A DNA stretch of 64,000 nucleotides from Eledone cirrhosa (taxonomy: Eukaryota), in assembly GCA_964016885.1 (NCBI GenBank), contig OZ024740.1, positions 415,462,001 to 415,526,000 of the forward strand, read 5' to 3'. The notes under the pieces were generated by a model. That model did no database searches and was not told the origin of the DNA. It saw only the letters and a program-made list of their open reading frames with translations. The translations under genes and the position numbers were made by a program. Below, piece after piece: positions 44,501 through 59,040 of the stretch; the first letter of the stretch is position 1, and each line of letters opens with the position of its first letter.

Positions 44501-47500
44501 AGAGAGAACACTGTGGGTATGGACATATGTTGTGTATGGGGGATGACAGTGAATCAGATATAGTGTGTAAGAGAGATCACTGTGGGTATGGACATATGTT
44601 GTGTATGGGGGATGACAGTGAATCAGATATAGTGTGTAAGAGAGAACACTGTGGGTATGGACATATGTTGTGTATGGGGGATGACAGTGAATCAGATATA
44701 GCGTGTAAGAGAGAACACTGTGGGTATGGACATATGTTGTGTATGGGGGATGACAGTGAATCAGATATAGTGTGTAAGAGAGAACACTGTGGGTATGGAC
44801 ATATGTTGTGTATGGGGGAAGACAGTGAATCAGATATAGAGTGTAAGAGAGAACACTGTGGGTATGGACATATGTTGTGTACGGGGGATGACAGTGAATC
44901 AGATATAGATTGTAAGAGAGAACACTGTGGGTATGGACATATGTTGTCTATGGGGGATGACAGTGAATCATATATAGAGTGTAAGAGAGAACACTGTGGG
45001 TATGGACATATGTTGAGTATGGGGGATGACAGTAAATCAGATATAGAGTGTAAGAGAGAACACTGTGGGTATGGACATATGTTGTGTATGGGGGATGACA
45101 GTGAATCAGATATAGTGTGTAAGAGAGAACACTGTGGGTATGGACATATGTTGTGTATGGGGGATGACAGTGAATAAGATATAGTGTGTAAGAGAGAACA
45201 CTCTGGGTATGGACATATGTTGTGTATTGGGGATGACAGTAAATCAGATATAGAGTGTAAGAGAGAACACTGTGGGTATGGACATATGTTGTGTATGGGG
45301 GATGACAGTGAATCAGATATAGTGTGTAAGAGAGAACACTGTGGGTATGGACATATGTTGTGTATGGGGGATGACAGTTAATCAGATATAGTGTGTAAGA
45401 GAGAACACTGTGGGTATGGACATATGTTGTGTATGGGGGATGACAGTGAATCAGATATAGTGTGTAAGAGAGAACACTGTGGGTATGGACATATGTTGTG
45501 TATGGGGGATGACAGGGAATCAGATATAGTGTGTAAGAGAGAACACTGTGGGTATGGACATATGTTGTGTATGGGGGATGACAGAGAATCAGATATAGTG
45601 TGTAAGAGAGAACACTGTGGGTATGGACATATGTTGTGTATGGGGGATGACAGTGAATCAGATATAGAGTGTAAGAGAGAACACTGTGGGTATGGACATA
45701 TGTTGTGTATGGGAGATGACAGTAAATAAGTTATAGTGTGTAAGAGACAACACTGTGGGTATGGACATATGTTGTGTATGGTGGTTGACAGTGAATCAGA
45801 TATAGTGTGTAAGAGAGAACACTGTGGCTATGGACATATGTTGTGTAAGGTGGTTGACAGTGAATCAGATATAGTGTGTAAGAGAGAACACTGTGGGTAT
45901 GGACATATGTTGTGTATGGGAGATTACAGTCAATCAGATATAGAGTGTAAGAGAGAACACTGTGGGTATGGACATATTTTGTGTATGGGGGATGACAGTG
46001 AATCAGATATAGTGTGTAAGAGAGAACACTGTGGGTATGGACATATGTTGTGTATGTGGGATGACAGTGAATCAGATATAGTGTGTAAGAGAGAACACTG
46101 TGGGTATGGACATATGTTGTGTATGGGGGATGACAGTGAATCAGATATAGTGTGTAAGAGAGAACATATGTTGTGTATGGGGGATGACAGTGAATCAGAT
46201 ATAGTGTGTAAGAGAGAACACTGTGGGTATGGACATATGTTGTGTATGGGGGATGACAGTGAAGCAGATATAGTGTGTAAGAGAGAACACTGTGGGTATG
46301 GACATATGTTGTGTATGGGGGATGACAGTGAATCAGATATAGTGTGTAAGAGAGAACACTGTGGGTATGGACATATGTTGTGTATGGGGGATGACAGTGA
46401 ATCAGATATAGTGTGTAAGAGAGAACACTGTGGGTATGGACATATGTTGTGTATGGGGGATGACAGTGAATCAGATATAGTGTGTAAGAGAGAACACTGT
46501 GGGTATGGACATATGTTGTGTATGGGGGATGACAGTGAATCAGATATAGTGTGTAAGAGAGAACACTCTGGGCATGGACATATGTTGTGTATTGGGGATG
46601 ACAGTAAATCAGATATAGAGTGTAAGAGAGAACACTGTGGGTATGGACATATGTTGTGTATGGGGGATGACAGTGAATCAGATATAGTGTGTAAGAGAGA
46701 ACACTCTGGGTATGGACATATGTTGTGTATGGGGGATGACAGTTAATCAGATATAGTGTGTAAGAGAGAACACTGTGGGTATGGACATATGTTGTGTATG
46801 GGGGATGACAGTGAATCAGATATAGTGTGTAAGAGAGAACACTGTGGGTATGGACATATGTTGTGTATGGGGGATGACAGGGAATCAGATATAGTGTGTA
46901 AGAGAGAACACTGTGGGTATGGACATATGTTGTGTATGGGGGATGACAGGGAATCAGATATAGTGTGTAAGAGAGAACACTGTGGGTATGGAGATATGTT
47001 GTGTATGGGGGATGACAGTGAATCAGATATAGTGTGTAAGAGAGAACACTGTGGGTATGGACATATGTTGTGTATGGGGGATGACAGTGAATCAGATATA
47101 GTGTGTAAGAGAGAACACTGTGGGTATGGACATATGTTGTGTACGGGGGATGACAGTGAATCAGATATAGAGGGTAAGAGAGAACACTGTGGGTATGGAC
47201 ATATGTTGTGTATGGGGGATGACAGTGAATCATATATAGAGTGTAAGAGAGAACACTGTGGGTATGGACATATGTTGTGTATGGGGGATGACAGTAAATC
47301 AGATATAGAGTGTAAGAGAGAACACTGTGGGTATGGACATATGTTGTGTATGGGGGATGACAGTGAATCAGATATTGTGTGTAAGAGAGAACACTGTGGG
47401 TATGGACATATGTTGTGTATGGGGGATGACAGTGAATCAGATATAGTGTGTAAGAGAGAACACTGTGGGCATGGACATATGTTGTGTATGGGGGATGACA

Positions 47501-48859
47501 GTGAATAAGATATAGTGTGTAAGAGAGAACACTCTGGGTATGGACATATGTTGTCTATTGGGGATGACAGTAAATCAGATATAGAGTGTAAGAGAGAACA
47601 CTGTGGGTATGGACATATGTTGTGTATGGGGGATGACAGTGAATCAGATATAGTGTGTAAGAGAGAACACTCTGGGTATGGACATATGTTGTGTATGGGG
47701 GATGACAGTTAATCAGATATAGTGTGTAAGAGAGAACACTGTGGGTATGGACATATGTTGTAAATGGGGGATGACAGTGAATCAGATATAGTGTGTAAGA
47801 GAGAACACTGTGGGTATGGACATATGTTGTGTATGGGGGATGACAGGGAATCAGATATAGTGTGTAAGAGAGAACACTGTGGGTATGGACATATGTTGTG
47901 TATGGGGGATGACAGAGAATCAGATATAGTGTGTAAGAGAGAACACTGTGGGTATGGACATATGTTGTGTATGGGGGATGACAGTGAATCAGATATAGAG
48001 TGTAAGAGAGAACACTGTGGGTATGGACATATGTTGTGTATGGGAGATGACAGTAAATAAGTTATAGTGTGTAAGAGACAACACTGTGGGTATGGACATA
48101 TGTTGTGTATGGTGGTTGACAGTGAATCAGATATAGTGTGTACGAGAGAACACTGTGGCTATGGACATATGTTGTGTAAGGTGGTTGACAGTGAATCAGA
48201 TATAGTGTGTAAGAGAGAACACTGTGGGTATGGACATATGTTGTGTATGGGGGATGACAGTCAATCAGATATAGAGTGTAAGAGAGAACACTGTGGGTAT
48301 GGACATATGTTGTGTATGGGGGATGACAGTGAATCAGATATAGTGTGTAAGAGAGAACACTGTGGGTATGGACATATGTTGTGTATGGGGGATGACAGTG
48401 AATCAGATATAGTGTGTAAGAGAGAACACTGTGGGTATGGACATATGTTGTGTATGGGGGATGACAGTGAATCAGATATAGTGTGTAAGAGAGAACATAT
48501 GTTGTGTATGCGGGATGACAGTGAATCAGATATAGTGTGTAAGAGAGAACACTGTGGGTATGGACATATGTTGTGTATGGGGGATGACAGTGAATCAGAT
48601 ATAGTGTGTAAGAGAGAACACTGTGGGTATGGACATATGTTGTGTATGGGGGATGACAGTGAATCAGATAGAGTGTGTAAGAGAGAACACTCTGGGTATG
48701 GATACATATGTTGTGTATGGGGGATGACAGTGAATCAGATATAGTGTGTAAGAGAGAACACTGTGGGTATGGACATATGTTGTGTATGGTGGATGACAGT
48801 GAATCAAATATAGTGTGTAAGAGAGAACACTGTGGGTATGGACATATGTTGTGTATGGG

Positions 48860-51800
48860 GGATGAGAGTGAATCAGATATAGTGTGTAAGAGAGAACACT
48901 CTGGGTATGGACATATGTTGTGTATGGGGATGACAGTGAATCAGATATAGTGTGTAAGAGAGAACACTGTGGGTATGGACATATGTTGTGTATGGGGGAT
49001 GACAGTGAATCAGATATAGTGTGTAAGAGAGAACACTGTGGGTATGGACATATGTTGTGTATGGGGATGACAGTGAATCAGATATAGTGTGTAAGAGAGA
49101 AAATCTGTGGGTATTGACATATGTTGTGTAAGGGGATGACAGTGAATCAAATATAGAGTGTAAGAGAGAACACTGTGGGTATGGACATATGTTGTGTATG
49201 GTGGATGACAGTTAATCAGATATAGTGTGTAAGAGAGAACACTGTGGGTATGGACATATGTTGTGTATGTGGGATGACAGTGAATCAGATATAGTGTGTA
49301 AGAGAGAACACTGTGGGTATGGACATATGTTGTGTATGGTGGTTGACAGTGAATCAGATATAGTGTGTAAGAGAGAACACTGTGGGTATGGACATATGTT
49401 GTGTATGGGAGATGACAGTGACTCAGATATAGTGTGTAAGAGAGAACACTGTGGGTATGGACATATGTTGTGTATGGGGGAAGACAGTGAATCAGATATA
49501 GAGTGTAAGAGAGAACACTGTGGGTATGGACATATGTTGTGCATGATGGATGACAGTGAATCAGATATAGTGTGTAAGAGAGAACACTGTGGGTATGGAC
49601 ATATGTTGTGTATGGGGGATGACAGTGAATCACATATAGTGTGTAAGAGAGAACAATGTGAGTATGGACATATGTTGTGTATGGTGGTTGACAGTGAATC
49701 AGATATAGTGTGTAAGAGAGAACACTGTGGGTATGGACATATGTTGTGTATGGGGGATGACAGTGAATCAGATATAGTGTGTAAGAGAGAACACTGTGGG
49801 TATGGACATATGTTGTGTATGGGGGATGACAGTGAATCAGATATAGTGTGTAAGAGAGAACACTGTGGGTATGGACATATGTTGTGTATGGGGGATGACA
49901 GGGAATCAGATATAGTGTGTAAGAGAGAACACTGTGGGTATGGACATATGTTGTGTATGGGGGATGACAGAGAATCAGATATAGTGTGTAAGAGAGAACA
50001 CTGTGGGTATGGACATATGTTGTGTATGGGGGATGACAGTGAATCAGATATAGAGTGTAAGAGAGAACACTGTGGGTATGGACATATGTTGTGTATGGGA
50101 GATGACAGTAAATAAGTTATAGTGTGTAAGAGACAACACTGTGGGTATGGACATATGTTGTGTATGGTGGTTGACAGTGAATCAGATATAGTGTGTAAGA
50201 GAGAACACTGTGGCTATGGACATATGTTGTGTATGGGAGATGACAGTGACTCAGATATAGTGTGTAAGAGAGAACACTGTGGGTATGGACATATGTTGTG
50301 TATGGGGGAAGACAGTGAATCAGATATAGGGTGTAAGAGAGAACACTGTGGGTATGGACATATGTTGTGCATGATGGATGACAGTGAATCAGATATAGTG
50401 TGTAAGAGAGAACACTGTGGGTATGGACATATGTTGTGTATGGGGGATGACAGTGAATCACATATAGTGTGTAAGAGAGAACACTGTGAGTATGGACATA
50501 TGTTGTGTATGGTGGTTGACAGTGAATCAGATATAGTGTGTAAGAGAGAACACTGTGGGTATGGACATATGTTGTGTATGGGGGATGACAGTGAATCAGA
50601 TATAGTGTGTAAGAGAGAACACTGTGGGTATGGACATATGTTGTGTATGGGGGATGACAGTGAATCAGATATAGTGTGTAAGAGAGAACACTCTGGGTAT
50701 GGACATATGTTGTGTATGGGGATGACAGTGAATCAGATATAGTGTGTAAGAGAGAACACTGTGGGTATGGACATATGTTGTGTATGGGGGATGACAGTGA
50801 ATCAGATATAGTGTGTAAGAGAGAACACTGTGGGTATGGACATATGTTGTGTATGGGGATGACAGTGAATCAGATATAGTGTGTAAGAGAGAAAATCTGT
50901 GGGTATTGACATATGTTGTGTAAGGGGATGACAGTGAATCAAATATAGAGTGTAAGAGAGAACACTGTGGGTATGGACATATGTTGTGTATGGTGGATGA
51001 CAGTTAATCAGATATAGTGTGTAAGAGAGAACACTGTGGGTATGGACATATGTTGTGTATGTGGGATGACAGTGAATCAGATATAGTGTGTAAGAGAGAA
51101 CACTGTGGGTATGGACATATGTTGTGTATGGTGGTTGACAGTGAATCAGATATAGTGTGTAAGAGAGAACACTGTGGGTATGGACATATGTTGTGTATGG
51201 GAGATGACAGTGACTCAGATATAGTGTGTAAGAGAGAACACTGTGGGTATGGACATATGTTGTGTATGGGGGAAGACAGTGAATCAGATATAGAGTGTAA
51301 GAGAGAACACTGTGGGTATGGACATATGTTGTGCATGATGGATGACAGTGAATCAGATATAGTGTGTAAGAGAGAACACTGTGGGTATGGACATATGTTG
51401 TGTATGGGGGATGACAGTGAATCACATATAGTGTGTAAGAGAGAACAATGTGAGTATGGACATATGTTGTGTATGGTGGTTGACAGTGAATCAGATATAG
51501 TGTGTAAGAGAGAACACTGTGGGTATGGACATATGTTGTGTATGGGGGATGACAGTGAATCAGATATAGTGTGTAAGAGAGAACACTGTGGGTATGGACA
51601 TATGTTGTGTATGGGGGATGACAGTGAATCAGATATAGTGTGTAAGAGAGAACACTGTGGGTATGGACATATGTTGTGTATGGGGGATGACAGGGAATCA
51701 GATATAGTGTGTAAGAGAGAACACTGTGGGTATGGACATATGTTGTGTATGGGGGATGACAGAGAATCAGATATAGTGTGTAAGAGAGAACACTGTGGGT

Positions 51801-52480
51801 ATGGACATATGTTGTGTATGGGGGATGACAGTGAATCAGATATAGAGTGTAAGAGAGAACACTGTGGGTATGGACATATGTTGTGTATGGGAGATGACAG
51901 TAAATAAGTTATAGTGTGTAAGAGACAACACTGTGGGTATGGACATATGTTGTGTATGGTGGTTGACAGTGAATCAGATATAGTGTGTAAGAGAGAACAC
52001 TGTGGCTATGGACATATGTTGTGTATGGGAGATGACAGTGACTCAGATATAGTGTGTAAGAGAGAACACTGTGGGTATGGACATATGTTGTGTATGGGGG
52101 AAGACAGTGAATCAGATATAGGGTGTAAGAGAGAACACTGTGGGTATGGACATATGTTGTGCATGATGGATGACAGTGAATCAGATATAGTGTGTAAGAG
52201 AGAACACTGTGGGTATGGACATATGTTGTGTATGGGGGATGACAGTGAATCACATATAGTGTGTAAGAGAGAACACTGTGAGTATGGACATATGTTGTGT
52301 ATGGTGGTTGACAGTGAATCAGATATAGTGTGTAAGAGAGAACACTGTGGGTATGGACATATGTTGTGTATGGGGGATGACAGTGAATCAGATATAGTGT
52401 GTAAGAGAGAACACTGTGGGTATGGACATATGTTGTGTATGGGGGATGACAGTGAATCAGATATAGTGTGTAAGAGAGAA
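48860..52480. repeat. Higher-order tandem duplication, 1792-bp period (26 monomers minus 2 bp)
   Basis: ORF starts 49225/51017 and 50122/51914; both copies contain the gagagaaaatctgtgggtattgac monomer. Confidence 0.85.
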
Positions 52481-54539
52481 CACTGTGGGTATGGACATAT
52501 GTTGTGTATGGGGGATGACAGAGAATCAGATATAGTGTGTAAGAGAGAACACTGTGGGTATGGACATATGTTGTGTATGGGGGATGACAGTGAATCAGAT
52601 ATAGAGTGTAAGAGAGAACACTGTGGGTATGGACATATGTTGTGTATGGGAGATGACAGTAAATAAGTTATAGTGTGTAAGAGACAACACTGTGGGTATG
52701 GACATATGTTGTGTATGGTGGTTGACAGTGAATCAGATATAGTGTGTAAGAGAGAACACTGTGGCTATGGACATATGTTGTGTAAGGTGGTTGACAGTGA
52801 ATCAGATATAGTGTGTAAGAGAGAACACTGTGGGTATGGACATATGTTGTGTATGGGGGATGACAGTCAATCAGATATAGAGTGTAAGAGAGAACACTGT
52901 GGGTATGGACATATGTTGTGTATGGGGGATGACAGTGAATCAGATATAGTGTGTAAGAGAGAACACTGTGGGTATGGACATATGTTGTGTATGGGGATGA
53001 CAGTGAATCAGATATAGTGTGTAAGAGAGAACACTGTGGGTATGGACATATGTTGTGTATGGGGGATGACAGTGAATCAGATATAGTGTGTAAGAGAGAA
53101 CATATGTTGTGTATGGGGGATGACAGTGAATCAGATATAGTGTGTAAGAGAGAACACTGTGGGTATGGACATATGTTGTGTATGGGGGATGACAGTGAAT
53201 CAGATATAGTGTGTAAGAGAGAACACTGTGGGTATGGACATATGTTGTGTATGGGGGATGACAGTGAATCAGATATAGTGTGTAAGGAAGAACACTCTGG
53301 GTATGGATACATATGTTGTGTATGGGGGATGACAGTGAATCAGATATAGTGTGTAAGAGAGAACACTGTGGGTATGGACATATGTTGTGTATGGTGGATG
53401 ACAGTGAATCAAATATAGTGTGTAAGAGAGAACACTGTGGGTATGGACATATGTTGTGTATGGGGGATGACAGTGAATCAGATATAGTGTGTAAGAGAGA
53501 ACACTCTGGGTATGGACATATGTTGTGTATGGGGATGACAGTGAATCAGATATAGTGTGTAAGAGAGAACACTGTGGGTATGGACATATGTTGTGTATGG
53601 GGGATGACAGTGAATCAGATATAGTGTGTAAGAGAGAACACTGTGGGTATGGACATATGTTGTGTATGGGGGATGACAGTGAATCAGATATAGTGTGTAA
53701 GAGAGAAAATCTGTGGGTATTGACATATGTTGTGTAAGGGGATGACAGTGAATCAAATATAGAGTGTAAGAGAGAACACTGTGGGTATGGACATATGTTG
53801 TGTATGGTGGATGACAGTTAATCAGATATAGTGTGTAAGAGAGAACACTGTGGGTATGGACATATGTTGTGTATGGGGGATGACAGTGAATCAGATATAG
53901 TGTGTAAGAGAGAACACTGTGGGTATGGACATATGTTGTGTATGGTGGTTGACAGTGAATCAGATATAGTGTGTAAGAGAGAACACTGTGGGTATGGACA
54001 TATGTTGTGTATGGGAGATGACAGTGACTCAGATATAGTGTGTAAGAGAGAACACTGTGGGTATGGACATATGTTGTGTATGGGGGAAGACAGTGAATCA
54101 GATATAGAGTGTAAGAGAGAACACTGTGGGTATGGACATATGTTGTGCATGATGGATGACAGTGAATCAGATATAGTGTGTAAGAGAGAACACTGTGGGT
54201 ATGGACATATGTTGTGTATGGGGGATGACAGTGAATCACATATAGTGTGTAAGAGAGAACACTGTGAGTATGGACATATGTTGTGTATGGTGGTTGACAG
54301 TGAATCAGATATAGTGTGTAAGAGAGAACACTGTGGGTATGGACATATGTTGTGTATGGGAGATGACAGTGACTCAGATATAGTGTGTAAGAGAGAACAC
54401 CGTGGGTATGGACATATGTTGTGTATGGGGGAAGACAGTGAATCAGATATAGGGTGTAAGAGAGAACACTGTGGGTATGGACATATGTTGTGCATGATGG
54501 ATGACAGTGAATCAGATATAGTGTGTAAGAGAGAACACT

Positions 54540-57500
54540 GTGGGTATGGACATATGTTGTGTATGGGGGATGACAGTGAATCAGATATAGTGTGTAAGAG
54601 AGAACACTGTGGGTATGGACATATGTTGTGCATGATGGATGACAGTGAATCAGATATAGTGTGTAAGAGAGAACACTGTGGGTATGGACATATGTTGTGT
54701 ATGGAGGATGACAGTCAATCAGATATAGAGTGTAAGAGAGAACACTGTGGGTATGGACATATGTTGTGTATGGGGGATGACAGTGAATCAGATATAGTGT
54801 GTAAGAGAGAACACTGTGGGTATGGACATATGTTGTGTATGGGGGATGACAGTGAATCAGATATAGTGTGTAAGAGAGAACACTGTCGGTATGGACATAT
54901 GTTGTGTATGGGGGATGACAGTGAATCAGATATAGTGTGTAAGAGAGAACACTGTGGGTATGGACATATGTTGTGTATGGGAGATGACAGTGAATCAGAT
55001 ATAGTGTGTAAGAGAGAACACTGTGTGTATGGACATATGTTGTGTATGGGGGATGACAGTGAATCAGATATAGTGTGTAAGAGAGAACACTGTGGGTATG
55101 GACATATGTTGTGTATGGGGGATGACAGTGAATCAAATATAGTGTGTAAGAGAGAACACTGTGGGTATGGACATATGTTGTGTATGGGGGATGACAGTGA
55201 ATCAGATATAGTGTGTAAGAGAGAACAATGTGGGTATGGACATATGTTGTGTATGGGGGATGACAGTGAATCAGATATAGTGTGTAAGAGAGAACACTGT
55301 GGGTGTGGACATATGTTGTGTATGGGGGATGACAGTGAATCAGATATAGTGTGTAAGAGAGAACACTGTGGGTATGGACATATGTTGTGTATGGGGGATG
55401 ACAGTGAATCAGATATAGTGTGTAAGAGAGAACACTGTGGGTATGGACATATGTTGTGTATGGGGGATGACAGTGAATCAAATATAGAGTGTAAGAGAGA
55501 ACACTGTGGGTATGGACATATGTTGTGTATGGGGGATGACAGTGAATCAGATATAGTGTGTAAGAGAGAACACTGTGGGTATGGACATATGTTGTGTATG
55601 GTGGTTGACAGTGAATCAGATATAGTGTGTAAGAGAGAACACTGTGGGTATGGACATATGTTGTGTATGGGAGATGACAGTGACTCAGATATAGTGTGTA
55701 AGAGAGAACACTGTGGGTATGGACATATGTTGTGTATGGGGGAAGACAGTGAATCAGATATAGAGTGTAAGAGAGAACACTGTGGGTATGGACATATGTT
55801 GTGCATGATGGATGACAGTGAATCAGATATAGTGTGTAAGAGAGAACACTGTGGGTATGGACATATGTTGTGTATGGGGGATGACAGTGAATCACATATA
55901 GTGTGTAAGAGAGAACACTGTGGGTATGGACATATGTTGTGTATGGGGGATGACAGTGAATCAGATATAGTGTGTAAGAGAGAACACTGTGGGTATGGAC
56001 ATATGTTGTGTATGGTGGTTGACAGTGAATCAGATATAGTGTGTAAGAGAGAACACTGTGGTTATGGACATATGTTGTGTATGGGGGAAGACAGTGAATC
56101 AGATATAGAGTGTAAGAGAGAACACTGTGGGTATGGACATATGTTGTGCATGATGGATGACAGTGAATCAGATATAGTGTGTAAGAGAGAACACTGTGGG
56201 TATGGACATATGTTGTGTATGGGGGATGACAGTGAATCAGATATAGTGTGTAAGAGAGAACACTGTGGGTATGGACATATGTTGTGCATGAAGGATGACA
56301 GTGAATCAGATATAGTGTGTAAGAGAGAGCACTCTGGGTATGGACATATGTTGTGTATGGGGGATGACAGTGAATCAGATATAGTGTGTAAGAGAGAACA
56401 CTGTGGGTATGGACATATGTTGTGTATGGGGGAAGACAGTGAATCAGATATAGTGTGTAAGAGAGAACACTGTGGGTATGGACATATGTTGTGTATGGGG
56501 GATGACAATTAATCAGATATAGTGTGTAAGAGAGAACACTGTGGGTATGGACATATGTTGTGTATGGGGGATGACAGTAAATCAGATATAGAGTGTAAGA
56601 GAGAACACTGTGGGTATGGACATATGTTGTGTATGGGGGATGACAGTGAATCAGATATAGTGTGTAAGAGAGAACACTGTGGGTATGGACATATGTTGTG
56701 TATGGGGGATGACAGTGAATCAGATATAGCGTGTAAGAGAGAACACTGTGGGTATGGACATATGTTGTGTATGGGGGATGACAGTGAATCAGATATAGTG
56801 TGTAAGAGAGAACACTGTGGGTATGGACATATGTTGTGCATGATGGATGACAGTGAATCAGATATAGTGTGTAAGAGAGAACACTGTGGGTATGGACATA
56901 TGTTGTGTATGGAGGATGACAGTCAATCAGATATAGAGTGTAAGAGAGAACACTGTGGGTATGGACATATGTTGTGTATGGGGGATGACAGTGAATCAGA
57001 TATAGTGTGTAAGAGAGAACACTGTGGGTATGGACATATGTTGTGTATGGGGGATGACAGTGAATCAGATATAGTGTGTAAGAGAGAACACTGTCGGTAT
57101 GGACATATGTTGTGTATGGGGGATGACAGTGAATCAGATATAGTGTGTAAGAGAGAACACTGTGGGTATGGACATATGTTGTGTATGGGAGATGACAGTG
57201 AATCAGATATAGTGTGTAAGAGAGAACACTGTGTGTATGGACATATGTTGTGTATGGGGGATGACAGTGAATCAGATATAGTGTGTAAGAGAGAACACTG
57301 TGGGTATGGACATATGTTGTGTATGGGGGATGACAGTGAATCAAATATAGTGTGTAAGAGAGAACACTGTGGGTATGGACATATGTTGTGTATGGGGGAT
57401 GACAGTGAATCAGATATAGTGTGTAAGAGAGAACAATGTGGGTATGGACATATGTTGTGTATGGGGGATGACAGTGAATCAGATATAGTGTGTAAGAGAG

Positions 57501-59040
57501 AACACTGTGGGTGTGGACATATGTTGTGTATGGGGGATGACAGTGAATCAGATATAGTGTGTAAGAGAGAACACTGTGGGTATGGACATATGTTGTGTAT
57601 GGGGGATGACAGTGAATCAGATATAGTGTGTAAGAGAGAACACTGTGGGTATGGACATATGTTGTGTATGGGGGATGACAGTGAATCAAATATAGAGTGT
57701 AAGAGAGAACACTGTGGGTATGGACATATGTTGTGTATGGGGGATGACAGTGAATCAGATATAGTGTGTAAGAGAGAACACTGTGGGTATGGACATATGT
57801 TGTGTATGGTGGTTGACAGTGAATCAGATATAGTGTGTAAGAGAGAACACTGTGGGTATGGACATATGTTGTGTATGGGAGATGACAGTGACTCAGATAT
57901 AGTGTGTAAGAGAGAACACTGTGGGTATGGACATATGTTGTGTATGGGGGAAGACAGTGAATCAGATATAGAGTGTAAGAGAGAACACTGTGGGTATGGA
58001 CATATGTTGTGCATGATGGATGACAGTGAATCAGATATAGTGTGTAAGAGAGAACACTGTGGGTATGGACATATGTTGTGTATGGGGGATGACAGTGAAT
58101 CACATATAGTGTGTAAGAGAGAACACTGTGGGTATGGACATATGTTGTGTATGGGGGATGACAGTGAATCAGATATAGTGTGTAAGAGAGAACACTGTGG
58201 GTATGGACATATGTTGTGTATGGTGGTTGACAGTGAATCAGATATAGTGTGTAAGAGAGAACACTGTGGGTATGGACATATGTTGTGTATGGGGGAAGAC
58301 AGTGAATCAGATATAGAGTGTAAGAGAGAACACTGTGGGTATGGACATATGTTGTGCATGATGGATGACAGTGAATCAGATATAGTGTGTAAGAGAGAAC
58401 ACTGTGGGTATGGACATATGTTGTGTATGGGGGATGACAGTGAATCAGATATAGTGTGTAAGAGAGAACACTGTGGGTATGGACATATGTTGTGCATGAA
58501 GGATGACAGTGAATCAGATATAGTGTGTAAGAGAGAGCACTCTGGGTATGGACATATGTTGTGTATGGGGGATGACAGTGAATCAGATATAGTGTGTAAG
58601 AGAGAACACTGTGGGTATGGACATATGTTGTGTATGGGGGAAGACAGTGAATCAGATATAGTGTGTAAGAGAGAACACTGTGGGTATGGACATATGTTGT
58701 GTATGGGGGATGACAATTAATCAGATATAGTGTGTAAGAGAGAACACTGTGGGTATGGACATATGTTGTGTATGGGGGATGACAGTAAATCAGATATAGA
58801 GTGTAAGAGAGAACACTGTGGGTATGGACATATGTTGTGTATGGGGGATGACAGTGAATCAGATATAATGTGTAAGAGAGAACACTGTGGGTATGGACAT
58901 ATGTTGTGTATGGGGGATGACAGTGAATCAGATATAGCGTGTAAGAGAGAACACTGTGGGTATGGACATATGTTGTGTATGGGGGATGACAGTGAATCAG
59001 ATATAGTGTGTAAGAGAGAACACTGTGGGTATGGACATAT
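54540..59040. repeat. Higher-order tandem duplication, 2208-bp period (32 monomers)
   Basis: ORF coordinates 54715/56923 and 56522/58730; rare variants tgtcggt, aacaatgtg, gggtgtgga and gacaattaa each recur at offset 2208. Confidence 0.87.
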
